IMG/VR virus record: IMGVR_UViG_3300008255_000402 | Location: 1-27,123 of that record | Strand: one strand, 5' to 3' | Origin: a virus | Lineage: Duplodnaviria > Caudoviricetes | DNA: 27,123 nt | Shown here: one piece after another, positions 26,032 to 27,123 of the stretch | Numbering within the stretch: the stretch's first letter is position 1 | Layout of the letters: each line of letters opens with the position of its first letter | Made by a program: the position numbers and the translations under genes | Notes under the pieces: generated by a model | The model's database searches: none | The model's input: only the letters and a program-made list of their open reading frames with translations | What the model was told of the DNA's origin: nothing

Positions 26032-26841
26032 ATGGAGTCTTGGGAATTACGTCCGATCCAGCCCGTTCGGCCGGTCGCCCCGTGGATCGGCGGCAAGCGC
26101 GCGCTCTCAAAACAGCTTGTTCAGCTCATCGGGCAGACGCCGCACGGCCTTTATGCCGAGCCGTTCGTGGGGATGGGCGGCGTGTTTCTGCGCCGCGATC
26201 GCCGGCCGCGTGCCGAGGTGATCAACGACATCAGCGAGGATGTCACCACGCTGTTTCGCATCCTCCAGCGCCACTATCAGGCCTTTCTGGACACGCTGAA
26301 ATGGCAGCTCGCCAGCCGCGCCGAATGGGACCGGCTGATGAGAACGGACCCGACGACCCTCACCGATCTGGAGCGCTCGGCGCGCTTCCTCTACCTCCAG
26401 CGCCTGGCCTTTGGCGGCAAGGTGACCGGGCGCAACTTCGGGGTTGCCTACGGGCCCTCGCGGTTTGATCTGACCAAGCTGGTGCCGATGCTGGAGGAGG
26501 TGCACGACCGGCTGGCCGGCGTGTCGATCGAGCGGCTGCCCTACGCCGATTTCATCAGGCGCTACGACCGGCCGGAGACGCTGTTCTTTCTCGATCCGCC
26601 GTATTGGGGCAACGAGAAGGACTACGGCCCTGGGCTGTTCTCAGAGGCCGATTTCGAGCGCCTCAGAGGCCTCTTAGAGGCCGCCGAGGGCCGCTTCATC
26701 ATGACCATCAACGACCGCCCGGAGACCCGCGAGATGTTCGGCCAGTTCAACCTCCAGCCGGTCCAGTTGCTCTACCGCCTCAGCGGCTCAGCCACGGCAG
26801 CCAACGAGCTCATCATCACGTCACCCAAAAGCCACAGCTGA
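26032..26841 (+). CDS. DNA adenine methyltransferase, D12 class (at the Mu mom position)
   Basis: PWIGGKR, EPFVGMGGVF, EVIND, FLDPPY motifs; target sequence cannot be deduced. Confidence 0.95.
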   Translation: MESWELRPIQPVRPVAPWIGGKRALSKQLVQLIGQTPHGLYAEPFVGMGGVFLRRDRRPRAEVINDISEDVTTLFRILQRHYQAFLDTLKWQLASRAEWDRLMRTDPTTLTDLERSARFLYLQRLAFGGKVTGRNFGVAYGPSRFDLTKLVPMLEEVHDRLAGVSIERLPYADFIRRYDRPETLFFLDPPYWGNEKDYGPGLFSEADFERLRGLLEAAEGRFIMTINDRPETREMFGQFNLQPVQLLYRLSGSATAANELIITSPKSHS

Positions 26842-26863
26842 GGGCCGAGCGATGCAAAAAGTT

Positions 26864-26910
26864 CTCCAGAAGGTCTTGTCCCAAACTCCAAAAGGTCTTG
26901 TCCCGCTTCA
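26864..26910 (+). repeat. Prophage right end: two transposase-binding-like direct repeats and terminal CA
   Basis: CTCCAGAAGGTCTTGTCCC (26864-26882) and CTCCAAAAGGTCTTGTCCC (26886-26904), 22-bp period, then GCTTCA. Confidence 0.85.
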
Positions 26911-26938
26911 CCCTGCCGACGCAGGCAGACCCAGCTGC

Positions 26939-27123
26939 TCAGCCCAGCCGGGCTGCCACCAGGGCTTTCAGATCGGCTTCGGGCCGGGCGCCGTAGTGGC
27001 TGATGACTTCCGAAGCCGCCACGCAGCCGGCAGCGGCGCAATCGGGCAGCGCGCGACCCTGCACCATCGCGGCCATGAAGCCGCCGGCAAACAGATCCCC
27101 CGCCCCTGTTGTATCAAGCTCGC
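26939..27123 (-). CDS. Host PfkB-family carbohydrate/adenosine kinase, C-terminal part (starts beyond the window)
   Basis: Manual translation: ELDTTGAGDLFAGGFMAAMVQGRALPDCAAAGCVAASEVISHYGARPEADLKALVAARLG*; DTTGAGD is the PfkB signature. Confidence 0.92.
   Translation of the reverse strand, partial: ELDTTGAGDLFAGGFMAAMVQGRALPDCAAAGCVAASEVISHYGARPEADLKALVAARLG

Larger units (their letters stand above)
1..26910 (+). mobile_element. Mu-like transposable prophage, late region and right end (left end lies outside the window); siphovirus-type tail
   Basis: Mu-type gene order (spanins, gp25-27, terminase, DUF935 portal, gpF, protease I, gpT, gp35, gp36, gpG, gp37); terminal repeats plus CA at 26910; host kinase gene beyond; no sheath or baseplate wedge genes recognised. 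Confidence 0.95.

Noticed and set aside
21378-26841. Diversity-generating retroelement or Gin-type invertible segment in the tail region
   Set aside because: No reverse transcriptase or invertase ORF, and no template/variable repeat pair or flanking inverted sites seen by eye
26864-26904. Mini CRISPR array
   Set aside because: Only two 19-bp copies separated by 3 bp, at the prophage terminus; explained as transposase sites

Overview
Bases 1-26910 are the late (lysis, head, tail) region and right end of a Mu-like transposable prophage with a non-contractile tail, in a high-GC host that is probably an alphaproteobacterium (inferred from promoter style and protein flavour). Gene order: a 5'-truncated beta-rich fibre-like gene, overlapped i-/o-spanins, TraR/DksA zinc finger, Mu gp25/gp26/gp27-like genes, terminase, DUF935 portal, a MuF protein with a C-terminal PBECR2-type nuclease, an accessory island, then protease I/scaffold, gpT major capsid, neck genes, tail tube, frameshifted tail chaperone, tape measure, tail-tip genes and a D12-class adenine methylase. 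The prophage ends in two 22-bp-spaced repeats and a terminal CA at 26909-26910, just downstream of a host PfkB-family kinase. The most interesting signals are non-coding: (1) a small structured minus-strand RNA with its own promoter, convergent on the MuF-PBECR2 nuclease gene (candidate RNA antitoxin); (2) a complete C4-type antisense RNA switch whose second target covers the antirepressor RBS; (3) a five-hairpin leader before the methylase; (4) helically phased patches resembling a Mu strong gyrase site. All family calls are from motif recognition by eye, not database searches.
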